Shown here one piece after another: positions 38,430-52,400 of a stretch of 64,000 nt of DNA. How positions within the stretch are numbered: position 1 is the first letter of the stretch; each line of letters opens with the position of its first letter. The DNA is from Tubiluchus corallicola (lineage: Eukaryota > Animalia > Priapulida). A model generated the notes under the pieces. That model worked only from the letters and a program-made list of their open reading frames with translations. It had not been told where the DNA came from and searched no databases. The position numbers and the translations under genes are program-made. The stretch covers positions 1 through 64,000 of the forward strand of contig JAQGDQ010000920.1 in NCBI GenBank assembly GCA_030141605.1. The letters are read 5' to 3'.

Positions 38430-39280
38430 TTAATAGTAGTAATTTTCTGCTGTTTACGATCTGTGTTTAATTGCTCCCTGTTCACAGTCACTACAAAAAT
38501 TGCTTGATTACTGCGAAGAATATGCTAAACATAATGATATTGTAATTAATGCTTTGAATAGAACAACTGCTTATTTTATTCCTAATGCATTTAAGAATGT
38601 CAGCTTTGCTAATGTAACTTTGCAATGAGAAGCGATTAAACTCGAACATGAAGTAAAATATTTTGGTCACATAATTAAAGATAATTGTAAAGACGATGCT
38701 GATATTTTAAATCAATTGCAACTTTTTTATATTAGATTTATATATTCTTTGCAGAAATTTTAGTTTTTGCTCGGCTGATGTCAAACATGTTCTGTTTAAA
38801 TCATATTGTTGAACTTTTTACTGTTCTAAGATCTGGATCACTTTTAATGTTGGCACTATTAGGAAATTAAGCGGCCTACTATTATGCATTGACGAAGTTT
38901 TTTGCTTACCGTAGGGGCACCACAGCATTGAGAAGATGTGTCGAAAATGGCTGTAATCATTTTAAAGTCATTTTACGCAAATTACTTTTAGTCTTCGTCA
39001 ACAAGTTTTAAATTCAAGCAATGAAATCATACGCAGTTTTATTCATAATTCTGATGTCATTTTAACTTTGAATATATTTTCCCATCGGGAATATACACAT
39101 ACTAACTTTTTTTTACATATTTAGCTTGCTAATCCTCTCTTCTTTGTGTAAATATTTCTTTTATTTGTCTTGTAGTCATATTTTTAATCCTAATTTTTAA
39201 CTAGGCTTTGTTTATCGTTCTATGGCACTTTTTATTTACTGAAATAAATGTAAAATAAAAAATAATAAAATAAATATAAA
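38430..39280 (+). mobile_element. Degenerate LINE: end of reverse transcriptase domain to 3' end
   Basis: SLQKLLDYCEEYAKHNDIVIN...EVKYFGHII...DDADILNQ...VKHVLFKSYC with stops and frameshifts; A-rich tail. Confidence 0.78.
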
Positions 39281-40303
39281 CAGTGCTGACTGTAGTGACT
39301 CTAACGTATTATCTCAGCTGTCTGCATGCTTGCATTGTCGGCTCAGGCATACTGGCAGCCTTACTTGGGTACACATTTGACATATTTGCATATATAGTGC
39401 TTTACATTATTAAATACTGGGCAGAACTATATTGTTATGAGCGAGTTGTTTAACAAATTACCGTCGTCTGCAATGTTCGTACAGTTGTTGCTGTGCCACT
39501 ATATTGTTCCCCTATTGCTAGCAAATCAATATTCCAATACACTATGCAGCTTTGCTATATTAACTTGCCTGTGTCACTGGCGGAGAAACCTTGGATGTGA
39601 ACACAGCCACTACATTAATTGCTCGTTGCTGAATCTAATCTGATGTGCATGGCTGCATCCAAGTGCAACTACTTTTCTATGGTAGCAAGCTTTAATAATA
39701 ACAAGTCGTGCTAGTTGAACGATGGTCTACTTGCAAATTTGCCGACAGTGTTACCGAGTAATACATTCTACAGGCGGTGCATTCGTAACAGGTATATTCC
39801 AAGAGATTGTGGGTTGGCAGGTGAATTTGAAAGAAGAAGAAGAAGGCTGGATTTTATGCCTGAGTTGGATGGATTAAAAAATGTTAAAGAAAGAGTCGTG
39901 TTCCTGTTGAAAAACATGAATTAAAACCATTAATTGCAGCCAAAAGCTGGTGCCTCGTTAAAACCTATTATTAGATTCTAGTAGTTTAGTGTTTTATTAT
40001 GTTACACGTTAGTGATTCATACTTCTTATGCTAGGCCTCTTTCTTTTTGCAAGTTGAACAAACTGTTTTTTTAAATCTAACATTATAGCGTAGAAAATAC
40101 AGTTTTTATCATGCGGCAAAATTTTTCTTGTTTACAAATCAGTGTCAGCGATTTTCCCTATCGGACTTGCTAAATTTTTCAATAGCTTGTTTAGTAATGG
40201 CCGTTTTATGTTCGTTTCAGAGAGACATGACTTGGAAAACGAAAAATACCATTTAGTCGCAATATTATAAATCTTGAAGCCGGGTTCTATTAAAGGGGCA
40301 GTC

Positions 40304-40400
40304 ATGTTTGAGGGCGTGGTAGCTAGTCTGTTAAACAAGTACCTTGGAAAGTATGTGCAGAACTTAGATGCAGAAAATCTAAACATCGGCATCTTTGGTG
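40304..40400 (+). CDS. VPS13: VPS13 coding exon 1
   Basis: MFEGVVASLLNKYLGKYVQNLDAENLNIGIFG|GTACGT; exon probably starts at 40221 after TTTCAG. Confidence 0.93.
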
Positions 40401-43400
40401 GTACGTATACAGTTTTGGTTATTTTTACAATTTTGTTTTATGGAAGAATCATAATTATTACATTGTAAAGCATTATCTAACATGGGTGCTGCCAGAGTTT
40501 GAGAAATTGGACGCACAAGCAGCTAGGGGGTCTGTGAGCATCTTCCTGCTTTTAAGCACATTTTGGAGGCCTCAAATGAGATCTAAACTGTGGTACATTA
40601 ACTTCCTCAAACGAGAAAAATTCTACTTTTATAAATATATTTTACCTACATTTACTTAGGTAATATTCATTGTATTCTATTGCAGTAGTCATATATCTTA
40701 AAGCAAGCTTCAAAGAAGTGTCCACCTGGAGTGTACGTGTGCTGTACTGATTCGTATGCACCGTGTGCTGTACTGATTCGTATGCACAGTGTGCTGTACT
40801 GATTCGTACGCATTGTGTGATAACTTTAGGGAATACTAAAAGATCAATTCTTCTTCAGAAGTTATCATACTTCACTGCAATGCATATCACCCATTACTTA
40901 AGCCTAATTCATTTAGTGTCAAGATTATCTACCCAACAAAATGTGGGAAGTCAAACATAAAACTGATTTGAGACTGTTAAGTTTACAGCCCGCCCACTGT
41001 TCATACAAAATTTAATAAGTTTTGCCAATTTTTCCCACCGGACACAGCTAAATGGAATTTTACTGCATTTTAGACCATTTTGCGATTGATAGAAGCTATT
41101 TCCTCAGGAAAGTTCACTAGTTTAATACTCATTGTGTCACCTCAAACTCGTGACTCATAATTTCACTACTACCGTGAAGGTGGGGGGGCAGCCCCTTGAA
41201 CCTACCCCCTAAATGCAAAAGTGCAGTTACAGTTAGCTAGAAACTGTCTAGATAATGGAAATTGATAATAGAATCGACTATGTAAGTGATACACGAGCGA
41301 CTTCACTATGCAAATCAGCTGACTGCTCGGGGATTGCGCAAATGAACAACCGTTGATGTTTAGTACTAAAAAACCTTCATTTACCCATTACCCATAAATA
41401 TTTACCCTTAAGAAATTCTGTGGACACACATGCGTCAGCGCGTCCGCCTGTCAGTGCCCATATTAGCTAACTAGAGGAGTAAGAGGAAGCTTATTGTTGG
41501 GATTTGTTTGTTTTTATGGGGATATAATATCACTAATGGAAGGTCCTGCTGATGGGAATTCACCATTTGCTTGCCATAAATACATTTTTGAAAAAGTTTA
41601 GTACAGTTTACGTTTGACCTTAGCGAACCTTAGTGAAATAATTAGTGTACTGATTGATCTCAAAATCTAACCCTTTATAAATGAACTATACCTAGTTTAT
41701 CAGTGAAATTTCAATCTTTTTAGAGTGATGCACTCATGCTAGAAACTGTTCTTGCTCATGCACACGGAAAGATCAAACAGAGAATGAAATGTTTAGCTTT
41801 TATAAGTAATTTCCCTGATTAGTTTTCGTATTGTGCGACACAATGATAACTACTGAAGAAGAATTGATCTTTTCGTATTCCCAAAAGTTAGCACACAATG
41901 CATACGAATCAGTACAAGCACACGATGCGTACGAATCAGTACAGGCACACGGTGCATACGAATCAGTACAAGCACACGGTGCATACGAATCAGTACAGCA
42001 CACGTACACTCCAGGTGGACACTTCTTTGAAGCTTTGTCCCGTAACGTGAGCATTTTGTTAGACATTCGTTTTTCTTGATCGATGAAACAGAAACTGGGA
42101 ACATGCTCGAGTCAGCAGCGAAAACGAACATTGTCATTTTATAAGCTCCTCAACATTTGACGATAATTGGCATTGAGATGTCACAAGATTACTGTGGCTT
42201 GGGGGCTGGTAACTAATTGGATGTATATTTTATCAACTTCATGAGATTTTGAGTAAAAAACTTGTAACTATACCAGATTTTTTTGAAATGTGGTCTTTTC
42301 TTTGAGGCCTTGAAGCTTGGTGCTAACTGGGTGTATATTTTTTCAACTTCATGACATTTTGAGTAAAAAAACTTGTAACTATACTGGATTTTTTTGAAAT
42401 CTGGTCATTTATGCAAGTTGTAATGGGGCTAAATATGCTATAAGAATAACGTGGCATGTTGCCTAATACCCTCAAGGAGAATGTCCCAAAGTTTTTTATT
42501 CCTTAGGCCACAAAACATAATTGAATTAATATGCATATATTCCTGGACATGTATTGATTTTGCACTTTTTCACTGTAGCCTTTAACTTGAATAGTCATTG
42601 GCTTTGTTTGGGGACAATTTGTATAAAAAAAACATTTGCAGTTAACTTATGTGTATGCTTTAGTTAGATTCTTTTAGTTACAGTGTTCTTTTATATTTTT
42701 CACTTCAGTTGAGTTGGTATTAAAGATACTATGATCGTCCTCCATGCTATACGACTCTAATTACACAAATTAATGAGCTGCAATTCATTAAAAGATATAT
42801 AAAAAATTCGAATTGATTTTTATTTAAACTAGCCACTCTCTCGTATAAATGTCCAACATTAAAATCTTAAACATCTAGCAACCATAGTATCATATTTATT
42901 CTTAAATTATAAGTACGTTGAATAATTTATTATGGTACTGGTAAGATAGCTCCAGTCTCTTTAAACTACCCTATTATTGTGTTATTCACACTTGCAACAC
43001 AGCCGACCCAGTTGCAGTTTGTTTAACCACAGAGTCAAGTGCACCGTTTTGCTGACTCAGTAACTCAAAGCTGTAAAATCTTCATATTCTTTTCTGTTAG
43101 CAAACATAATGTAATGCAGTAAAACAAATAACAAACCTCTTAATGCCTGTACAGCTTGTATTATGTGTGCCGCTCGATGAAGATTTTGTCTCGAAGGACA
43201 CGTAATGACAAGTAGTACAATGCTCGGCGAAAAATTTATGTTGTCTGTCCCTGGGCTGTCCATTTACGTTAATGCTGCGATAATGCCTACATGCTTGGGA
43301 ATTATTGGAAAAGTTCGTGCTGCCTGTTTTATGCTTTTAAACTAGCATTTGTTGTTGGGGGGGGGGAGCTTCATATATTCTGCAAGCTAGGATCTAGCTC

Positions 43401-46400
43401 TCAAAGCCTCAAGGGAGAGATCTAGTTAGTGTACATGTTCGTGACAGTACCAGTAGCTGTTAATTCATGGAGCGAAGTTCTTGGAACTGGAACTACTTTG
43501 TAACAAAACAGAGCTTGGAACTGGAACTACTTTGTAACAAAACAGAGCTTAGAACTGGAGCTACTTTGTAACAAAACAGAGCTTAGAACTGGAGCTACTT
43601 TGTAACAAAACAGAGCTTGGAACTGGAGCTACTTTGTAACAAAACAGAGCTTAGAACTGGAGCTACTTTGTAACAAAACAGAGCTTAGAACTGGAGCTAC
43701 TTTGTAACAAAACAGAGCTTAGAACTGGAGCTACTTTGTAACAAAACAGAGCTTAGAACTGGAGCTACTTTGTAACAAAACAGAGCTTAGAACTGGAGCT
43801 ACTTTGTAACAAAACAGAGCTTAGAACTGGAGCTACTTTGTAACAAAACAGAGCTTAGAACTGGAGCTACTTTGTAACAAAACAGAGCTTAGAACTGGAG
43901 CTACTTTGTAACAAAACAGAGCTTAGAACTGGAGCTACTTTGTAACAAAACAGAGCTTAGAACTGGAGCTTTGTCACAGAGGGACTTGGAATTAAAATTA
44001 ATTTCTTTTTATGTTCCATGTTAACACCTAGGAGTTAATTGTTAACTTTTGATATTTTTTAACATTTTCGACGTTTTCAACTTGCTTTCCTTAGTCAGGT
44101 ATCCCATCAAAAAAAAGAAAAAGTATTTGTTTTCAAGAATATTTAACAGATGCCTGCTATCTTATAAGGTCATTTACCTTTTTGGATTATTCCGTGCAAA
44201 ATGGACAGAAACTTATGCAGCGAATGGGAACTGAACTTAGTTCTTTTTAGTGCAAGCGAGTTAGAACTAGTTCCTTTTGCCAAAACATCAGAGGAACTAT
44301 GAACTTGACTTAGTTTCTGTTGTCATGATGGTACTAGGAACTGGAAGAATTCAATTCAATTCAATTTATTTATCTCTATAATGCTGCTATAAAACATGAT
44401 TAATGAAAGAATCTTTAATAAGTTTTGAAGAATGGTTAAAATGTATAGATCTAAAACTAGAGAAAGGATAGCGAAAAGACTATAAAGTTACTTAGTCTGC
44501 TATCCTTTACCGAATATAGATAAAATGATTTTTAGACACTGGTGGGCATTAATGTTGTCAGTTTAATTTAGGAAACATCAGTAATTTTAAATTATGACAT
44601 TTGCTATATAATCCAGAGTAAGGAATATATATGTAGTTTAATTAGCGGGCAACAAAATGTTTCTAAGAAGTTCCTAAAACTGGGGGTCGAAGTTTTACAA
44701 CCCTGATAATCATTTAGAGTAATTCATTTAGTTTAGATCCTGAGGCATCTTATCCATTTTTGAACTATATGTGTTCACTGGAAGAGATAATTAGCTGTAG
44801 GCTAAAGTGTTTGTCCTCATGATTGTCGTTTATTGATCTGGCCTTTGTTACTTAACCTTGATCAGTGAGCAGACAGAGACATTATTGAAAGTGTTTTCTT
44901 ACATTTACGTAGTCTGTTGTACGTCGCTTGAAGACAGAAATGTATCATTCCATGCTTCTTCTTCTTCTTCTTCTTCTTCTTCTTTAATGAATCACACATC
45001 CAGGGACATGATTCTGCTCACCTCTCTATGCCAGGACTTCCTACATGCTGCAATGCCCCAAGTGCATTTATTTCTAGGGATCAATGCTGATGTGTTTAAA
45101 TCTTTCTGTGCAAAATCTAAGTATGTTAACATTTGTCCTCCTGCAGGTTTTTTAGCTCGTTCTATGGCTTGTTGAAGAGCTATCTTCACTGGACTATCAT
45201 CAGGTAGTCTAAGCGTGTGCCCAATCCATCTTAAACGTCGTCTTTTTATTTTTCTTGTCCAAGATTCTTCTTTTATTTTTTCATATAGATCTTTGTTTGA
45301 AATTTTCTGTGACCATCTAATACCCAAAATGTTTCTGTAATTTCGCTTTTGAAATGCATCGATTTCAGCTTTATGATTTGCTTTTAATGTCCAGAGCTCA
45401 GAGTTATACAGAAATACAGTTTTCAACTAATTCTGAGAATATTCTAATTTTTGTTTCCAAAGAAATCTTCCTATTTTCAAAAACTTTTGTGAGTATGTAC
45501 TCAAAATTCCATGCACCAGAACCTTAAAGAAGCTAACAAAGCGGAAATCTTTGTAGTGCCTTTGCTGTGTTATCCACCCGTAATTTCACGAGCTTTTCCG
45601 TTTTTACTGCAAATGCGCTTTACTGTCCGGTTAAATATTTAACGCCCAATCAATTTAGCGCGTTGTAAACAGATGTTTTCTTGAACTTTTAAAGAAAGTA
45701 TGATTTTAGGTTTTTCAATTGAGTGTTGCTTAGTTAACTTGAACATGGAAAAGACAGAAATATAGATTTCATCGTAAGATTGATATTAGTGCACCAGTTG
45801 AATTTGCAGAAAAATTCACAGAATATCAGAGAAGTTTTTTGATTATTTGTTTTTCTTTGCTTATTTATCCAGTTCGCTCTATGTTTTATTTATTGTAAAT
45901 GGTAAAAGAGAGCCATTTTATCTAATCCCATCTATATCTGGGAGCAGTATTGCAGATAAAACCCCTGAACCAGTTTCCATGGCTGTCACCCATCCAATTA
46001 CTGCTGAACCAGTTTCCATGGCAGTCACCCGTCCAATTACTGCTAAACCAGTTTGCATGGCAGTCACCCATCCAATTACTGCTGAACCAGTTTGCATGGC
46101 AGTCACCCATCCAATTACTGCTGAACCAGTTTCCATGGCAGTCACCCACCAATTACTGCTGAACCAGTTTGCATGGCAGTCACCCATCCAATTACTGCTG
46201 AACCAGTTTCCATGGCAGTCACCCATCCAATTACTGCTGAACCAGTTTCCATGGCTGTCACCTATCCAATTACTCCTGAACCAGTTTCCATGTCAGTCAC
46301 CCATCCAATTACTCTTGAACCAGTTTCCATTTCAGTCACCCATCCAATTACTCCTGAACTAGGTTCCATGGCAGTCACCCATCCAATTACTGGACGTTTG

Positions 46401-49400
46401 TTTACCCCAGAACTAAGTTTATATGCAATATATGGCTTTGGCTTCACAAATGTAATCGTAGATTTAATGCCACTTAGTGTTAATTGTGATTTTTTTATTT
46501 CATCTGTTACCTGTTCTTGTAGGTGATGTTGAACTGTATGATTTGCGACTAAAGCCTGAAGCATTGGTAAGAAAATATTTTATAGTTGTTATTAACGTAG
46601 TTTTTTACCTTACTACTTTTCCAAAAAAAATTAGTATGTACTTATTTCTGGTAAATTAGATTAGTTTTTCCATTTGGTAAATTTTATGTATAGATATTGG
46701 AGATCATTACAAATTTTTATGTCAAAATTCACTGTTAGACATTCTCGCTAATTTGTTTGCAAATTTTGGAAAAACTTTGTGTATTAACACCAGGCATTTG
46801 TTTAAACACTTAACTTTCAAATTAAATAACTACATTATTTATGATTCGTGTTTCTAATGCCTAATTTAAACTTTATTGTAGGCTGAATTGGACCTTCCCA
46901 TAGAGGTCAAGGCAGGCTTTGTAGGTACGAAATATTAAAAAACCTTTTATACGTGACACAAAAAGGTGGCAAAATGCAGAAATAATGCAGGCTTTCCAAA
47001 GAGAAGCAGTCCAAATGCCATGTTTAAATACAAAGTGTATAGAAATTATAAATACTTTTGAACTTTAAACATGTAGTACATATTAAAACTTATATAAAAA
47101 TTATTATATAAAAATATATGTTAGAGTTACTGTATACAGACTATTAAAAATGTTGGAAAATTATCTTTGCTTTGGCAGAGTTTAATTATTTTGTATAAAA
47201 GCTTAAAGTTGCCCGATTTATAACATATGCAGTTGTCTGTACAATACGTGTGTGTGTTAAATACATTCATATACTTCTTATTAAAGTAATTCATGCACCA
47301 TTCAAACCCTTTATTTCTGTTGCTTTATGTAAGGTAAATACATTCATATAGTTCTTATTAACATAATTCATGTGTCATTCACACCCTTTATTTCTGTTGC
47401 TTTATGTAAGGTTAAATACATTCATATAGTTCTTATTAACATAATTCATGTGTCATTCACACCCTTTATTTCTGTTGCTTTATGTAAGGTTAAATACATT
47501 CATATAGTTCTTATTAACATAATTCATGCGTCATTCACACCCTTTATTTCTGTTGCTTTATGTAAGGTTAAATACATTCATATAGTTCTTATTAACATAA
47601 TTCATGTGTCATTCAAACCCTTTATTTCTGTTGCTTTATGTAAGGTAAATACATTCATATAGTTCTTATTAACATAATTCATGTGTCATTCACACCCTTT
47701 ATTTCTGTTGCTTTATGTAAGGTTAAATACATTCATATAGTTCTTATTAACATAATTCATGTGTCATTCACACCCTTTATTTCTGTTGCTTTATGTAAGG
47801 TAAATACATTCATATAGTTCTTATTAACATAATTCATGTGTCATTCACACCCTTTATTTCTGTTGCTTTATGTAAGGTTAAATACATTCATATAGTTCTT
47901 ATTAAAGTAATTCATGCGTCATTCAAACCCTTTATTTCTGTTGCTTTATGTAGGATGTTATACATCTGTGGTTATATACATTCTTATACTTATTAAAGTA
48001 ATTCATGCACCATTCACACCCTTTATTTCTGTTGCTTTATGTAAGGTTAAATACATTCATATACTTCTTATTAAAGTAATTATGATTGTAGAACTTTGCT
48101 AAGTAAACGCCCTGCAATGTACTTATGTTATTATTATGAATTTATTTCACAGCAACTCAAACATACATACAAATTGATATTACATTGAAAAAAAAAACTA
48201 TGCGAGTTACTGTGAGGAGGGTGAAGGAGTATTGAGCTTTCGAGTCCTCCTCCAGATAAGTGAAACAATTGAGAATTAACATTACATTTTCATCAGTTAT
48301 AACGTACATTAGAACAAAATAAGTTTTGTTAGTAACTTGAGATCAGGATGAGTAAAATTGTGAGTTAATTATACCGTTGTAGTAAGTAATTCTTTGATGC
48401 TTTTTTAAATTGATAAAGATTAAGAGTTTTCATTTCACGCGGAATTGATGACCATATTTTAATAACATTATATTTTGATGACCGTTTCATTATATTTGTT
48501 TTTCGAAGAGGGAGTACATAGTTTCCGACTGAATATCTTGTGTAATGATCATGTTGATTTGAAACTGGACTAAAGTATGACTGAAAAGCTGGTGGAAGTA
48601 GTGAATTATGATACTGATACATGAAATGAAGACAATACATGTTCTATATTTCTTTCACTTTAAGAGTTTTAACAGACAAGTAAATTATATTTGTGGGATG
48701 GTCATACCTTCCATGATATATTAGTTTGAGAATTTTGTTCTGGGTAATTATGTAATATAGTACTTCTTATATTTTGATCTCAGGTCAGCATTTTCATTGA
48801 CCATTCTATTAGGGAACTTTTAGTTCACTGTATTTATTCTGCATAGATATTTATGTCCACAAATGTTTTTGTGCCTGACTTAAATAGCTCACATGAGACA
48901 GCATTTGCTGGTAAACATGAAGATTGCATGTTTATACGATGTTATCGACTGAATTATCTTCAGTTTCATTTGGTTAGGTGCCACCAGATGTAGCTGCTCA
49001 ATACATCAGACTTTTCGTTCTAAAAAACTGAAAAGCAATGAACTCGTAGGCATCTTTGGGGATTGCATTCGAAGTTTGAAAATACGTTTTTGTGCAAATA
49101 CTTGTTTAGGAGTTAACAAAGCGCTGCTTGCGGTTATGATGGAAACTGCATAAAAATTCTATAGTATTATTCCTCATTATATTTTTAAATTGTCTTAAGC
49201 ACCAGAAACGGTTTTTTACATTTTGTATTTGAAAATTCACCAGCGCCTGACAGTTTAATACAATGTGAATTCTTATTAAATGTGTCCACATTTCTGTACA
49301 GACTAAGCATTACTTAGCTCCTGTGCAGAATGAGCTGATGAATGTTATTAATTATCTTTTCACAACAACAAATGTCAACAGTAGTTTATCACATTGACTG

Positions 49401-52400
49401 TGACCCCAACATATCTGTTATAATGATCTAAATATTGATATTTTATACAAACAGGTAAGCTAAGTCTTAACATACCGTGGACCTCTCTCTACACTTCGCC
49501 GGTCATCGCTGACTTGGAAGAGGTATACGTCTTGGCCGCCCCAATAAGTGACCGCAAATATGATGCAGACCTGGAAAAACAGCTACTTCGTGCTCATAAA
49601 CGCAGCATCCTGGAAAGCCTGGAAGTTGCTGCTCCAGAAAAAGAGGATCCCACATTTCTGGAAAAGCTTGTCACTACGATCACGAACAATCTACAGGTGT
49701 AGTTGTCTTTTTTCTGTTGTAAATGGTGATTTCTGTTCTATACGCCATGCAAATACGAGTATTCTTATTTGTTCTAATAAAAATTTTTTAGTCAGGCCTT
49801 ACGTTTACAACGGTGATACGTAATTCTGTGCACTATTTATTGTAGATCTTCATTAGGAATATTCACATCCGATACGAGGACACGGTGACAGACAGGGAGC
49901 ACCCAATCGCATTTGGAATCACCTTGCATAATCTGTCTGCTGAAACCACTAATAATAAATGGAAGCCAACTCAGCTAGACACTAGTGCAACTACAGTGTA
50001 CAAGGTAAATTGTGGTAATCCGTGTGAAAGTCATGTTTGAGGTTGTAGTTCAACACTTTGTAGAAAACGAATAAAACACTGTACTACATATCTGCACAAA
50101 ACTGAAAACGTTTATTAGACTACATACACATATGTAGAATGACTGCTGCACTGCACTGAGAGTGTGAGTTAGACAGTGACTAGAAAGTAATTCCAGTCAG
50201 TATATATAGCTAGAAGTAACTATGCAAACTTGGCTTCGCAAAAACCATTACATTAAAATAGGGAGAGATCCAGTGAGTATGCATATTCACTGGACCGAAC
50301 AATTATACTAGGGGTGAGTTTAGCTAGTAAAATGTAAAGTGATTAGTCAATAGATGGCAGCACCTAAAAATATACAGTTACAACTTCCACAATCCATGTG
50401 AGCATTGTAACAACATGAATATTGTAGCTGTGTAGCTATGTAGGGCAAACTAAAATAGATTTTATAATTTTGATGGTGTGGAAATAAAAATTTTGTGACT
50501 GGTACTGGAAGCTTTTTATTTTGAAGCTGTGCCATAATTGGGGGTAATACTATGCTTTGTCATTTTATTAACTAAATGTGGCACATTGACTTAACTGGCA
50601 AAACTGTTGTTAGTTTAAAAACTTTGTAACTAGATTTAGAGAAATTTATTGCTCAAGTAAATAGTAGGAGTATATTTTGTCTTGCACATTTTTAAAAAGC
50701 CTTGAATTATATGGAATTTGTTTACTTCAGAAGCAGTTTACAATTCTCCGCACAATTTAAATACCCGAAGCCTAATCCCAACCCTAACCCCAGCTCTAAC
50801 CCTAATCCTAATGTGGTTCAAGAACTGATTCGTTGTATGTGGGGAATTGTAAACTTTAGCCGCTTACTGCAAATACTGCAAATCATGTAAAGTTGTTGGT
50901 TATGAACAACTATGCCGTAATGAGTTGCCGGGTTCTTGTGTTATAAGTTTGTCGTTATCCTATCGCTAATTCCAGAACAAGCAATCTAAAACAAATTAGG
51001 ACAAATACCCACTACGGAACGAATTCTGTAATCAAGCAAGCAATTCTACTATGGAATTCTCTCCCATTACAGGTTAAACAAATCAAGTCCCTATCAGCAT
51101 TTAAAACAAAATTAAAATCACTAATATTAACCAGATATGAAATACCATCACAGCAGTACGACAACATACACACTAATTCAGAATTCATATATCCACGGCC
51201 ATATTAATTAAATCATAACTTTTTCATTTTTTGTGCATAGTTGTAAATATGTTTGATTTTATTCGTCGTTACTTTCCATTACTGCACAGTAGTTTAGATT
51301 GCACTGACGCATTTGCCTTTAGCAGTGTAAGCTTTTATTAACTATCACTGATTGATCATCTCTGTAAAGTATTTATCAGTGATTATCAATGTATTTTACT
51401 GGCAAATAAAGATTATATATATATAATAGTTAAGCACTTTTGTTTGGCTGTTGTAAAACTTTTAAATTATTAGCAGTGATTGGGTATTGGGTAATTTGTG
51501 ACTGAGAGGTGAACATTTAATGTAAATTCACTTATATAACTCATAACAGCTTACATGTCCAATTGTAATGCCGTTTCTTGTTGCGTGAGCTGCTAGTGTT
51601 CTATTAAACCTTGTGAATGCAAGCTACGGATAAATTACAGAATGTAAGTGACAGAAATTAATCATTTGTGTGCTTGCATACCAAAGCCATCCATAAGTCG
51701 GTATAGTTAAAACTGCATTATGGTGCTTCAAAGAAGAATAGCCCAAAAATTTTGTCAGTTTTTCGTATTTTGTAAATACCAATGCCAAATGTATTGGACT
51801 TTTATGTTTTAGCATCAATTTATCGAAAAAGTGTTCGAAAAACACTAAAAATTTAACTTTGTAGTTCCTTAACTCACTTTTCTGTCTAGAAACTAGTACT
51901 GCTATTGCAAAAAACTCCTATTTCCAAACTCCGATAGTAGCTCGTGGAAGCGGTCATTTTGCTGCATATTTTTTCTGTTGCCAAGCCCAGATCTTCGTCA
52001 GGAAGAGCCATCTACTGGATTTAAGCATAACTTCAATGTGTTTTTGCAAAGTCCTTAGCAACCAAAGTTTGCACGGCTGCTAAGTATTTTGTAGAGACGC
52101 GACAAAAAAAAAACAATGGCAAATTTTATCAGCGATTTTCTCAATATTATGTTTTTCGGTGCGTAGCTTGCACCTCTACTTCAACGTGGATTATCTCAGT
52201 TTAGAAATGACAGTGAGTGATCAACTTGGTACAAAAATGATCCTCATGAAATGGAGATTAAAGATATGTGAACAACTAAAAAAAACTTAATTGCTGACTT
52301 ATGGATGATTTTGTTATGCAAGCTCACATTTGTCGATGCATTTGTTTATGTATTTATTACTCATTGTTAGAACGACTTTCATAAATGAAACTTTGCATTT

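Noticed and set aside
43480-43972. 34-bp repeat array resembling CRISPR repeats in length
   Set aside because: Units are head-to-tail with no unique spacers, there are no cas genes, and it sits in a eukaryotic intron
45847-46526. Repetitive mucin-like ORFs (AEPVSMAVTHPIT)n
   Set aside because: This is the translation of a 39-bp intronic minisatellite with an internal frameshift; VPS13 exons 1 and 2 join correctly without it
50765-50812. Telomere-like (CCTAAC) repeats
   Set aside because: Short, degenerate and intronic; such motifs are common inside Helitron/Helentron-type repeats
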